The translations under genes and the position numbers were made by a program. A stretch of 64,000 nucleotides of DNA from Macrostomum lignano (lineage: Eukaryota). Where the stretch lies: contig NIVC01000718.1 in assembly GCA_002269645.1 (NCBI GenBank), positions 1 through 64,000 on the forward strand, written 5' to 3'. The notes under the pieces are model-generated. The model saw only the letters and a list, made by a program, of their open reading frames with translations, was not told where the DNA came from and did no database searches. This document shows, piece after piece, positions 27,801-40,424 of the stretch. The stretch's first letter is position 1; every line of letters starts with the position of its first letter.

Positions 27801-30049
27801 AGATTGTGAAGATTGTGAAGATTTGGGAGATTGTGAAGATTGGGGAGATTGTGAAGATTTGGGAGATTGTGAAGATTTGGGAGATTGTGAAGATTGGGGA
27901 GATTGTGAAGATTAGGGAATTTGGGGAGATTGGGGAGATTGAGGAGATTGTGAAGATTGGGGAGATTAAGGGGATTGAGAAGATTTAGGATTGTGAAGAT
28001 TCGAGACTGTGAAGATTATGGAAACGGTGAAGCTTGGGTATTGTGAAGATTGAGGAGTTGTAAAGATTTTGAGGTTGCTAACATTTGGGTTGTAAACATT
28101 CGAAATTGTGAAGATTGGGACTTTGTGAAGTTAAGGATTGTGAAGAATGACTAACAAAGTAAAAAATGGGAGTTTCCCGGTAAAATTTCTTGTCCAGATA
28201 TCTACTCGCAATTTTAGACACCCATGGTTGCGGCAGTTGTTAATTTTTATTGCTACAAAATATTGCTTGATTAGGAAAGTTTGGAAGTCGTCGAATAAAA
28301 GCAAGACAGACTGATAGCAATCTGCCTAAATTTTCCCATTTCCTATCTTCAGTTCGTGGTTTCATTTTTTAGGGTCGCTAACCAGTCACCACCACAACCA
28401 CAAAAGCCGCACAAATTTATACATACGTGCAGAGCTTTTAAACTTATTTCCCCAAAAGAATTCTTTACAGGAATCTAGAGACTTACGAAAATCGCCTCAC
28501 ACCTGTGAAAATCGCTTCACACCTGTGATAATAGCCTCTCATCTGTGATAATCGCCTCTCACCTGTGATAATCGCCTCACACCTGTGGAAATCGCCTCAC
28601 ACCTGTGGAAATCGCCTCACACCTGTGATAATCGCCTCTCACCTGTGATAATCGCCTCTCACCTGTGATAATCGCCTCTCACCTGTGATAATCGCCTCAC
28701 ACCTGTGATAATCGCCTCTCACCTGTGATAATCGCCTCACACCTGTGATAATCGCCTCTCACCTGTGATAATCGCCTCACACCTGTGGAAATTGCCTCAC
28801 ACCTGTGGAAATCGCCTCACACCTGTGATAATCGCCTCACACCTGTGATAATCGCCTCTCACCTGTGATAATCGCCTTACACCTGTGATAATCGCCTTAC
28901 ACCTGTGATAATCGCCTCTCACCTGTGATAATCGCCTCACACCTGTGGAAATCGCCTCACACCTGTGGAAATCGCCTCTCACCTGTGGAAATCGCCTCTC
29001 ACCTGTGATAATCGCCTCTCACCTGTGATAATCGCCTCACACCTGTGATAATCGCCTCTCACCTGTGATAATCGCCTTACACCTGTGATAATCGCCTCTC
29101 ACCTGTGATAATCGCCTCACACCTGTGGAAATCGCCTCACACCTGTGGAAATCGCCTCTCACCTGTGATAATCGCCTCTCACCTGTGATAATCGCCTTAC
29201 ACCTGTGATAATCGCCTCACACCTGTGATAATCGCCTCTCACCTGTGATAATCGCCTTACACCTGTGATAATCGCCTCTCACCTGTGATAATCGCCTCAC
29301 ACCTGTGGAAATCGCCTCACACCTGTGGAAATCGCCTCACACCTGTGATAATCGCCGTACATTTTTGTGAAACAAGCCATATGCTTGTTTCTTATGTTTA
29401 TCAAGAAAAATGTTGATTAATAACTTCTCTCTGTTACTGAAATGCGATGACTAATTGGGCCTTTCGGCTTTCCATGAATTCCATCCGCCATAACTTGTTC
29501 TATATGTGTTGAACTTTTATTATAATATTTTATGACCGAAAGAGTCCCACGGGTATCAAGCAAGGGTCACAGACTGTCTCGTTAATGGCTGAGTATTTTG
29601 ACTATGACTAACTACACTTAACCCTCATTGCGCAGCTTTTGACAAAGAGGGTCTGTCTCTCATTGCTTGTCCAAACAGATCTTATCTATCCTCGAGCTCA
29701 GGGATTTGCCTCCCCTCTTTGGCGTCTCCGCATTCGTGCGCCTTGCCTCTTTAACTGCCATTTTGTGTCTGGTTTTGCTTGGCATTATAAATCTTTGGTT
29801 TGGCATTGATTTCTGTGGTGAAAAACTTTAAGTGTTTTTTTTTAGAAACGAACTTTGGGCTGGGCCCCATATTTTTGGGAGTCCTTGAGTGCCACCTCCA
29901 TGTCTTCTATATGGACCTAGTTCAATAGTCCATGCCCATGTGTATCTTAGTGGTGGACTGGCTAAATACAATATAGACTGATTGATAGACAGATGGATAG
30001 ATTAGATAGATGGATAGATAGATAGATAGATAGACAGGTAGATAGATAT

Positions 30050-30122
<73 letters not shown>

Positions 30123-30184
30123 CAGGTAGATAGATATATAGATATATAGATAGATAGATAGATAGATAGTTAGATAGATAGATG

Positions 30185-30228
<44 letters not shown>

Positions 30229-30237
30229 CATAGATAA

Positions 30238-30289
<52 letters not shown>

Positions 30290-32267
30290 TAGATAGCGAG
30301 AAAGAGCGAGCGAAGCGAGCTCTTTCGAGCTTGCTTGCCGCAGCCAATCAAGCTGAATGCACGCACACAAGATCACCGGAAACGATGGAAACGATAGATA
30401 GATAGATGGATAGATAGATAGATAAATAGATAGATAGATAGATGGATAGATGGATAGATAGATAGATAAATAGATAGATAGATAGATGGATAGATGGATA
30501 GAAAGATAGATAAATAGATAGATAGATAGACAGATAGATAGATAGATAGACAGACATGACAGACAGACAGACAGACAGATTCTTAAAAAGCTAACGCTGA
30601 AAATTTTACATGATTCACACGTATAAAATGTTTTTATTTCTACTTACAGTAGAATCGGCCATTTTTAACCAACCAAATCAACCCCCATCCCGCGAATTCC
30701 AGCTGGTCCAGCTGCAAGAGGAGGCGGCGGTCCAGCGCGCCATGGTGGAGGCGAACGCCCGCCTGCTGCGCGAGTGCCAGGCCGACAAACTGGGCCGCCA
30801 GCTGAAACGGAAACGAACTCAGGAGTACCAGCGATCGCAGGAGAAGGTAAGAACTTAGGAGGACCAATAGGTTGTAGCCTACTGGTTAGAGCGTTGGACC
30901 CACGACTGAACAATTTGTGTCTTTAAACAAAGCGAATAACTCTGCATTGCTTCAGTTGACCAGCATCAGCTGGGGTAATTGATTTAAAGTACACAGAGTG
31001 TACATGCCTGATGATTAGACAGTCAGGGCTGATGTACACCCTGTGTGAGCATGAGTGCGCGCCCGCGGACAGTAGCCGAATGGGCAGGAGCGCTGGTTGT
31101 GCGACGATGTAACCGAAGGCTTCGATTTCTCCCTTCACCAGCTTCGCTCCATCAACCAGCGGATCGCTGAGATTCGAACTCGCGACTCTGCAGCTGCTTC
31201 CGCCGCCGCATCCGCGGGCGCAGCTGACGCTGTCCATCACCAAGTTCAAGGCGAAGACGCTCGCCAGTCTGCCGACTCTCAGCTTCAATCTCCGGTTTTG
31301 TCTGTGGGCCAAACCGGCACCTGGTCACCGCCTGTGTCCGGCGTGAGCACCTTTGGCCAGGGACAGCAGATCTGCCGACACCTGAGCTTGCAGCAGCCGC
31401 GGCATCTGCCTGAACGAAGGATGAACTCGTTCTGGTGAGGGCTTCGAACCTGAGGGCTGATATTATAGATCATTAGATTTTTAATCCTCAAGTGCTAAAT
31501 ATCCCAGATCCTCAGTTACCGGGCCAGCCTCCCAGATCCTCAGTTGCTGGGCCAGCCTTCCAGATGCTCAGTTGCTGGGCCACCAGCCTCCCAGATCCTC
31601 AGTTGCTAGGCCAGCCTCCCAGATGCTCAGTTGCTGGGCCAGCCTCCTAGATGCTCAGTTGCTGGGCCAGCCTCCCAGATCCTCAGTTGCTGGGCCAGCC
31701 TCCCAGATCCTCAGTTGCTGGGCCAGCCTCCCAGATCCTCAGTTGCTGGGCCAGCCTCCCAGATCCTCAGTTGCTGGGCCAGCCTCCCAGATCCTCAGTT
31801 GCTGGGCCAGCCTCCCAGATCCTCAGTTGCTGGGCCAGCCTCCCAGATCCTCAGTTGCTGGGCCAGCCTCCCAGATCCTCAGTTGCTGGGCCAGCTTCCC
31901 AAAGTGTCAGGTGCCTCATCAGTCAGCACTGAATCCCCGCAGGCAGCAGCAGCACTCGAACTGCGCCGGCTCGAACGCATCGGCCGTAGCTTCAACAGTC
32001 AGCGTGGACTCCGGCTACCAGGAGATCTCCTGCTGCACCAGCTCCACCACCAGTCTGGAGTCGCACCTTCAGCGAGGTGCCTGCCCGACCCTGAGGACCT
32101 TCCAGACCTCCGCTACTGCCACCGCAGCCGCTCCTGCCGCTCCTGCCGCGGCTGCGACGGCTGGTGAAGTCCCGGCAAGTGCTAAACTGACTGTCAACAA
32201 GCCAGAGCCCTACAACGACACTGCAGCCATGGACGAAGATGATAGCATTAGTAGTGATCAGTTTTAA
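19002..32267 (+). CDS. CUPID/DUF3338-domain coiled-coil protein (FRMD4/INAVA/CCDC120-like, no FERM), 673 aa; exons 19002-19623, 23845-24266, 26989-27204, 30703-30846, 31142-31434, 31943-32267
   Basis: All five introns are GT..AG with matching phases (1,0,0,0,2); 2022 nt total ending in TAA. Spliced [28 protein letters not shown]|SLSGEF and HSE|[22 protein letters not shown]...[16 protein letters not shown]|[12 protein letters not shown] align by eye with FRMD4A LKSRQEALEETLRQRLEELKKLCLREAELTGKL and EAELERLEREFAIQSQITEAARRL...KLKKQRKTSYLNALKKLQEIENAINENR. The true 5' start could lie further upstream. Confidence 0.8.
19795..20262. repeat. CT-rich polypyrimidine tract (intron 1 of the CUPID gene)
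   Basis: Nearly pure C/T on the + strand. Confidence 0.92.
21316..21891. repeat. 37-bp minisatellite (tttaaccatcagtgaggagagtttagcgccctgcctg), ~15 copies, no spacers
   Basis: Head-to-tail units. Confidence 0.95.
22240..23735. repeat. 1.5-kb CT-rich compound minisatellite (ctccctctctcccctgt / ctccctctgtcttctgt)
   Basis: Direct inspection. Confidence 0.95.
24440..24820. repeat. CT-rich tract ending in a (CT)n microsatellite
   Basis: Direct inspection. Confidence 0.88.
25440..26570. repeat. 13-bp minisatellite (ctctccctctagc) with an internally duplicated CT block
   Basis: Direct inspection; the ...ctgagccactctctctcc... block occurs twice (~26120 and ~26440). Confidence 0.93.
27209..27990. 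repeat. 18-bp minisatellite (ggagattgtgaagatttg) starting just after the exon 3 donor
   Basis: Direct inspection. Confidence 0.93.
28492..29357. repeat. 20-bp minisatellite (cacctgtgataatcgcctct), ~43 copies
   Basis: Direct inspection. Confidence 0.96.
29985..30580. repeat. (GATA)n microsatellite in two blocks, ending in (GACA)n
   Basis: Direct inspection; interrupted by unique sequence at ~30295-30395. Confidence 0.95.
30871..30975 (+). mobile_element. Internally deleted tRNA-derived SINE copy in intron 4 of the CUPID gene
   Basis: tagcctactggttagagcgttggacccacgactgaaca and aactctgcattgcttcag match the reverse complement of 63712-63870; the B-box segment is missing. Confidence 0.7.
31503..31897. 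repeat. 28-bp minisatellite (ccagcctcccagatcctcagttgctggg) filling intron 5
   Basis: About 14 copies. Confidence 0.95.
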
Positions 32268-32499
32268 TATTTAAAAATGTGCCTGGGCAAAATTAATTAT
32301 TACATATTTGTTTTTCTATGTTCATTTGCGTCCAATCTGATATTAATATGCTGGTATTGTATTTTAAAGTTTATTTAATAATTAATGGTTTGTGGTAAAG
32401 CAAATATTTTGTTTGTCCGCTTGTTTCTGACGATTTCTGGTGCGCGACCAACAAATCTATCTCTGTCTGTATCTTATCTACCCATCCACTTCTCTGCCT

Positions 32500-33325
32500 A
32501 CTTATCTACCTGACCAATCTACCTATTTACCTGACCAATCTACCTATTTACCTGACCAATCTACCTATTTACCTGACCAATCTACCTATTTACCTGACCA
32601 ATCTACCTATTTACCTGACCAATCTACCTATTTACCTGACCAATCTACCTATTTACCTGACCAATCTACCTATTTACCTGACCAATCTACCTATTTACCT
32701 GACCAATCTACCTATTTACCTGACCAATCTACCTATTTACCTGACCAATCTACCTATTTACCTGACCAATCTACCTATTTACCTGACCAATCTACCTATT
32801 TACCTGACCAATCTACGCTCGTACCTATTTACCTGACCAATCTACCTATTTACCTGACCAATCTACCTATTTACCTGACCAATCTACCTATTTACCTGAC
32901 CAATCTACCTATTTACCTGACCAATCTACCTATTTACCTGACCAATCTACCTATTTACCTGACCAATCTACCTATTTACCTGACCAATCTACCTATTTAC
33001 CTGACCAATCTACCTATTTACCTGACCAATCTACCTATTTACCTGACCAATCTACCTATTTACCTGACCAATCTACCTATTTACCTGACCAATCTACCTA
33101 TTTACCTGACCAATCTACCTATTTACCTGACCAATCTACGCTCGTACCTATTTACCTGACCAATCTACCTATTTACCTGACCAATCTACGCTCGTACCTA
33201 TTTACCTGACCAATCTACGCTCGTACCTATTTACCTGACTAATCTACCTATTTACCTGACCAATCTACCTATTTACCTGACCAATCTACCTATTTACCTG
33301 ACCAATCTACCTTACCTGAACAATC
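32500..33325. repeat. 21-bp minisatellite (cctatttacctgaccaatcta)
   Basis: About 39 nearly identical copies. Confidence 0.96.
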
Positions 33326-34094
33326 TACTTAGCTAATCTTAGCTCCTACAAAAAAGTGGCCCTATTCAGAAGTTGTACTTAAATTTCTTTTTCTGTTCAA
33401 ATTTAGAAATTTCATCATTCAGTCAGTAATACCTTCGAATAATTTGGTAACTTATCGCATCCCATCGTATCGCATCATGATGAAGTCAGCTTCTGAATAA
33501 AATTAACGGCTTGTGTTTTTGTGTTGCGGAATGCGGGTTAATTGTGCGTTTTATCAATAGTTTTTTGCACATTTCTACTCATAGTAAAGTAGTTAGCTAA
33601 ATAAAGGTATAATTTGTTTTCCTGTTTAATTGCGTCCTGTTGACTTTAATATCCAGGGTAGTAAGTGCACGTTTAATATGAGTCTTTGTAGCTCTTTGTG
33701 TCAACTAACGTTTGAAATGACTAAACAACTTTTTGGTTCAATAAAAAACTAATTCTATTATTAGTATATCATGCCTGCTAATTGGTGTGTACACAAATGT
33801 TTATATTGTAATTCTTCAATGCATTCGAGTTTATATTCACCACCTATCAGTTTGCACAAGTACGAGAAATGAAAGTCTTTGTGATTGTTTGTCTTGCGCG
33901 AAGACTAGTTACAGTTTCCTGTTGCTGTTGAGTGGCCCAGCATGATCCATCTGCTTAGTTTGTCACCCCAATGCAATATTATTTTATGCAAATATATATA
34001 TTTATTTATTGATGACAAGTTGTGCAATACTTGTGCGCACCAACGAATCAGTATGTTTGATAATTTTCTGAATCGCTCTTGGTCTTATTTACTC

Positions 34095-34230
34095 AGACAG
34101 ACACGGCAGGCAGGCAGGCAGACACATGCACAGAAAGACATATAGAATGGACAGACACAGGCAGACAGATAGAAAGACAGGCGGACAGACAGACAGACCG
34201 ACAGACAGACAGACAGACAGGTTGGCAGAC
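34095..34230. repeat. (CAGA)n-type microsatellite
   Basis: Direct inspection. Confidence 0.8.
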
Positions 34231-34234
34231 ACAC

Positions 34235-35313
34235 TGCCAGCCGACGTTGGCCAGCGAGACGTTTGCCAGCCGACGTTTGCCTGCGAGACGTTTGCCAGCC
34301 GACGTTTGCCTGCGAGACGTTTGCCAGCCGACGTTTGCCTGCGAGACGTTTGCGAACCGACGTTTGCCAGCGAGACGTTTGGCAGCCGGACATTTGCAGG
34401 CGGCAATTGGTTAAAGAAGTATGCCCTCTCTAGGCTTACAGGTACTTGCGTTTGAAAACTGTGGGCATAGCACTTATCTAATTCCACCTCGCTCCCTACT
34501 ACTGCTAATAAATATACAGGTTACTAACAAACTACTGTTCAGGCTTATTGAAGCTATTACTCTTGTCTGCCTAAATAGGAAGGTAAAAATGCAAAATAGG
34601 AGTTTCCATCGTCACAGTTGGTGTCGTCTATGTATGCCATGTTATGGCCCTTTCCATCTCAGTACGTGGCCAAACAAGCTTAGTGTTTACAAGCTAAATG
34701 GGAAAAGACTGAGACATCCATAATGGTATTGGCCTAGTCTCGCCTATATATACTTAACTCAAAAGCCAAACTTTGCTTAACAAGCTGCATTGGAATTAAT
34801 TCGCTTTTGGATCTCCCAATGAACTGGGAAATATATAAGACAGAATTATCGTTCAGCAGTTCTTTTATTTGCTCAAAACTTGGCTCGCTGGAGATTCCCG
34901 TTTAAATTTGCGTGTCTTCATTCGCAAATCAAAAATGAAACATCTCAAACTGGGAAAAGCGATACAAAACTGTCAGAAGTAAACTTTATAATATTTTCAC
35001 ATTCAAAGAAATTGTTGTGAAACTAGATGCTAGATTGATGAACTGCATAATTTGTACAGATTTTGTTTTCGAACTTTTATACATGCGAATAACCGTCAAA
35101 AAGTTGGACTAAAAAAACTTCTTTTCAACCCGCTAAACTGCGAATATTTCAGCATCAAATTTTTCCCTCACTGACTTAATGTTGGCTGGCAAACATCCCG
35201 CTGGCAAACGTCGGCTGGCAAACGTCGGCTGGCAAACGTCGGCTGGCAAACGTCGGCTGGCAAACGTCCCGCAGGCAAATGTCGGCTGGCAAACGTCCCG
35301 CAGGCAAACGTCG
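34235..35313. repeat. Inverted pair of 14/15-bp repeat arrays (gacgtttgccagcc at 34235-34400; ggctggcaaacgtc at 35187-35313) around ~790 bp of unique DNA
   Basis: The two arrays are reverse complements, including the gcctgcg(a/g)gacg variant unit. Confidence 0.8.
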
Positions 35314-35909
35314 CTATCCCGAAAAATCACAACTCCAAAAGTGCTAGCAAATGCCTAACGCTATTTTGGTTTTCGGAGTTGTGATTTTTCGGGTTTATGA
35401 TGGGAAGTGCTTCAAGACAGGAATTAAAAGTGTAGGCGCAGGTGCGTTCATATTTTTCTAAGAAACAGGATGTCTTCCCTTGGTACAGCCGTCGCATCTT
35501 GCGATCCTTCCCTGTTTTGCTACATGTACATGTACAGTGTGTACTGTACAAGCCTAATGTAATACATTATGCAGTTTTGAAATTCTTAATAAAAACTTAA
35601 TTAAAAAACTTTATAATTCTGGATGTGTTTTTTACCATAATGTGTAGACCGGCCACTCAATTTTTATCAGTCGTGGCCAACGGGCCAATTGTATAGATGC
35701 GAAGAATGCATGGGGTAATTATCATGTATATTATCAGCAAGTTATTGTATTGAAGAATTACGACCGACGACTATATCAGGCTATAATTCTAGCATGCAGC
35801 TACCATGCGTTTTGGCATGAAAACATGAATAAGACATGAAATTTGTTTCAGTTGCAGGTAAATTGGTAAATTTTCAAGCTGGTCTAGCTATTACCACCCG
35901 CCACCCAGA

Positions 35910-38900
35910 TCAGCAATAGGTAAGGTTGGCACCAGGTGACACATCCATGGAGTTGTTCAATTGGCTCTGCATTATGCACAGCCGGCGCCAGTGGACTGGC
36001 AGGTACTGGTCCTGATAGGACCTGGCAACAGCTGCAGCTGACAGAACCAGCAGCAGGCAGAACCAGATCAGGCCCTGGCGGATCAGCACCGGCCGGAGAG
36101 GCCCCAGCTTCGGTGGCCGGCCCGGGTCGAACTCGATGGCGCTGTCGTAGGGCCCAGAATAGACGCGAGACTCGCGACGGATGCGACGCGGCCTGGGCGG
36201 CAGGATGGCTTGCTCAGAGTCCACTGCGGGCTGCTCATCGGCAATCAGCGGCGACCTGGCCGACAGAGTCGAGTTGGCCCTCTGCCCGGTGATTCGACCG
36301 GCCGCTGCGCGGACCTCCTTGTGCCAGTTGGTGCGCCAGATGATCAGCCAGAACACGAAGGTCTCGCCTGTTAAACCGATGAGAAGGCCGACCCAGAAGC
36401 CGCTGATCTGCATCGGGGTGAGCAGACTCAGCGGAATGCCGATGGGCAGGGCCACCAGGTAGTACGCGACAATGTTGACAATCGCACCAATCAGCTGACG
36501 GCCGCTGCCCTTCAGCACACCGGATGCCGTGGCGGACAAGCCGTCGGCGTACGCGAACGGGGCGTAGACGGTGAGGATCTCTCCGGTGGCCTCCAGAACC
36601 ATCGGGTCGCTTGTAAACAGGCTGGCAACTTGCTTCTGGCAGGTGGCGAACACGATGCACAGTATCGTTGACGTAGTCAGAATCATGGTGACTGCCACTC
36701 TGTACGTGTGCTTCGCTTTCTCCACCTGTCTGGCCCCGATGTGCTGCCCGACGCGGATGTTCACGGAGATTGACATGCCCAGGGAGACCATGTAGGATAG
36801 AACGCCGCACTGGAAGAGAATGCCCTGAGAGGCCAGTTGCAATGTGCTGATGCTGCCAGCGATGAAGGTGCCGACCTGAGGGAGAAAAATTGAAGCACAT
36901 GTACATTTAGATACCATAGTATAGTGTGGATCATACAATACATGCAAACGTGTGCCCTCGGGTTACGCTCGTACTACACTATCGGTAAAGGAATCAGCAA
37001 CATGCCCCCCGAACTTACTCTCGAACTCACCCAATTATTAATTATTAAATGATTAATTTTTAATTTATAATTATAAATGTGGAAACCGCCTATGTGGAAA
37101 CACTAGTCAATGCACTTTTCTGCAGTCGGGATGCAGATGATGCAGAAGGATATACCATTGTCAAACACAACCGGCGAGAGGCATTACTGCCCATTCCGCC
37201 GACTCCCCTGAGCAGGCACACAATCGCGCGGATACGTACGCAGTCATACGCACAGGCACACACTCACACAGGAGTGTACAGCGGCCCGAACTTTATTTAT
37301 CGTTAGGAATGTACACTTCACTGTGCCTTGGGGGTTGGGCCACGAGAACGTTTATTGCACGAGCAGAGCCAAGCCGAGATTCCATTTTAGCCCCAAATCA
37401 TTGCCAGACCACGAAGACTACGACGCCCGGCCATACATGTACACGTATGTCTTTAATGCGAGATTCAGTGTGCATGAATCACGAGCATGCAAAAGTTCTG
37501 TCAACTTGCCGCCGCCGTGACATCCTGATCACCAGCTGATCACCAGCAGGCATTCAGAACCCCCAGTCGCAACTGGATTCAGATGTATTCTGGCATTCGG
37601 GCACCCTTGCTGAACTTTTCGAAGTCTTTACAAAGTCTCAGACATGCTCGGAGGGGTTCTGGAGACATATCTGGAACGATGTAGTGCAGTGTTGTTCGTC
37701 TTGAAGAACACAGTTCTGTGCAGGCTGCCCAAGGTTGCCGTAGCAAATTTAACAGGAATTGCTGCTGTAACAGCTCTGCGAATTACTTATTTACCTACTT
37801 GTAGTAATGTAGTTGCTAAATGTAGTAGTATGTAGCTTGCATACTCAATGGTGATTGTACAACGAGGACCCAAACAATCAGATTTCGATCTTTGTTTGAC
37901 AAAGTTTAGAAACTTTCTGAGTTGCAACACATCACAAATGACGTCCTAAAAGACTCTCGGGGGTTTGCGCAGGCTCACCTCATAACAGAATTCCTCCAAA
38001 GCAACCAGCAAGAGTCCCGGCACCGCCAGCCGAACAAATCCTTTAATATCGTAGAGAGCCTCCAGGGTCCAGCCGTCCCAGGTTTCCTTATAGACTCCCG
38101 ACACGCGGATGTAGATGATGAGGCTGGCGCACATCACCATCAAGGACGCAGCCTGGCAGGCAGCCGACGCCTCGTACTGATAGCCCAGCACGTAGATAGC
38201 CACGTACTGGGACATCGCGTTGACCAAGTTGCCGATGAAAGCGCAGATGAGCGGCGGAGTCACCCGGTTCTGGGTCTGCATGTACCGGGCCAGCACTAGG
38301 AATGTGTAGTCAAAGAACACGCCCGGCATGAAGATCAGGATGTAGTGCGAGGCCATATCGCTGACCACTGGGTCCTGGCCTAACAGTAGCAACAGCGGTT
38401 TCATGTGCAGGTGCAGGCAGTACACAGGAACCAGGAACATGTACATAACGATCAGACTGCGTTGCAGGTAGATACCGACTCGTTTTTTGTAGGCGCTGCC
38501 GTAGGTCTGGGCGAAGTAGGTGTCGCAGCCGGTTGACAGGCCCAGGCCGATTCCCATGCCAGCCACGTTGATGAGAGTGCAGGCTAGAGCGGCAGCATCC
38601 AGCTGCTCCTTGGACAGGTGGCCGCACATGATCACGCTGATTGTCTGCAGGAACACCTGGAAGAAGCAGGTAAGAAATGCTGGCAAATGCAGTTTGGAAA
38701 GTGCGCGAAATTCTTTCCAGTAGCCCAGTGGGAAGAATCTCTGGCCGAATCTTGTTGGCAACGACAGTAGCCCGCCGCGAGCCGGCTGCGAGCCCGGCCA
38801 CGAATGACGTGTAGCACCGCTGCGGGGAAATTTTTGGGCGTGTTTTATGTCAGCGTTTTGTTGACTGACGAACAGGTGTGGCGCGCTCTCTGATTTTAGA

Positions 38901-39475
38901 CTTTAAACTTTGTTAGACATGTTGCTGTTGTTGTCGGTGGTGGTATTGTTGGTGCTGTTGTGGGTGTTGTTGTAATTTTCGGTCTTGTGGGTGTTTTTGT
39001 TCGGATGTTTGTCTTGTGGGTGTTGTTTTGTGAATGTTGGCGCTGTGGATGTTAGGGCTGTAGGTGATGTTGTAGATGTTTGTGGTGTTGTTGCTGTGGA
39101 TGGATGTCGGTGTTGTGGCTGTTGATGTTGTGGGTGTTGTTGTTGTGGATTTTGATGTTGTGGGTGTTGTTGCGGATGTTGGTGTTGTGGGTGTTGTTGT
39201 TGTAGATGTTGGTGTTGTGGGTGTTGTTGTTGTGGATGTTGGTGTTGTGGGTGTTGTTGTTGTGGGTGTTGGTGTTGTGGGTGTTGTTTTTGTGGATGTT
39301 GGTGTTGTGGGTATTGTTGTAGATGTTGGTGCTGTTATTGGTGCTGGGCCCTGTCTGGTGGTGCTACCAGTCACCAACAGACCACACAGGCAACTTACTC
39401 ATTCCCTGACTGAACAGACCCGTACTGATTCGGGTTCAATCGAAGTGAATCTTCTGGCAAGTTGTCTGCAGACAT
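35910..39475 (-). CDS. MATE family (SLC47-like) multidrug and toxin extrusion transporter, 627 aa; exons 39475-39399, 38819-37979, 36875-35910
   Basis: Motifs GLSTGCDTYFAQTYG, LAVPGLLLVALEEFCYE, GVLKGSGRQLIGAIVNIVAYYLVALPIG and an extra C-terminal TM helix typical of animal SLC47. Splice sites GA|GTAAGT..ccccgcag (phase 2) and GAG|GTGAGC..ctccctcag (phase 0) give 1884 nt in frame from ATG 39475 (MSADNLPED). Confidence 0.93.
38915..39340. repeat. GTT/GT-rich tandem repeat in intron 1 of the MATE gene
   Basis: gttggtgttgtgggtgttgttgtt-type units. Confidence 0.88.
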
Positions 39476-40424
39476 GGATGAGTTGTCGTGTCTTTACCTG
39501 GACAAGCCTTGCTTCTTGTTTGCATTGTAATAACCGTTTATATAACCCCTTGACGACATTATTATTTCCAATCGAGTCAACCTGACCCACTATGCATACC
39601 TTGAGCAGCAATTTTCCTTATCTCTAATCGCAAAACCCGAAACCGAACTATAAAAAATTCGAATTCTTCTACAAAAGCAGAAGTGTTGCAGATTTTACTA
39701 AATCGTGAGTAAGGGAGTTTGCGAGTCGAGTAAGCGACCCGCGCTATCAAGATCAGAACTGCTTGATACTACCTGTGGGTAGCTGTGGGCTAGATAAACC
39801 CATGCAAGATCTCATGCGATATGATTAGACTTTGGTCTCGAGGTCAGCCTAATCTCTGTTTAACAGAGTGCGTCTTACTCGCTTGTCGGTGCGCGCCTTT
39901 TATCTGGAAGTCTTGCGCCCATTTTCATAGAAAGAAACCGACTTTACGCCCGGAATTTTTGAAACTGTTCCTGTACTTTTCCGGCTTCTCTAACTGCATG
40001 AAAACTGCGAGATATCTATAGTTGAGGTCTGTAAGATAATCTAGATGAGATTTATAAGATATCTAAGTGAGATCTATAAGATATCTCGCTGAGATCTACA
40101 AGATATCTAGCGAAGATCTACAAGATTTATATCTATGATCTTTAAATCATTATAAGATTCTATAGTCATTTCTCAGCTGGGAACGTTCGTTGCCTGAACG
40201 AAATTTGAGTTACATATAAGTCCATGAATTCTAAAGTTATCCCAAAAATTTATTCAAATAGAATAATTTCCAAACAAATGTCAAATTAATCAATTTTCTG
40301 AGAGCAAAACAGCTGAGCCAAGAAGCTCAAGGATTAACTTCATTATCTGAGCTTCGAATCCTTGTTGTTCTTTTTTGGACAAGCAAAGCTTAAAGTATCA
40401 ATTGCTGACCCGAAAAGCTCCAAA

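Noticed and set aside
31097-31141. [15 protein letters not shown] start of ORF 31097..31438
   Set aside because: This is the polypyrimidine tract and acceptor of intron 4; splicing at 31142 gives the better CUPID alignment.
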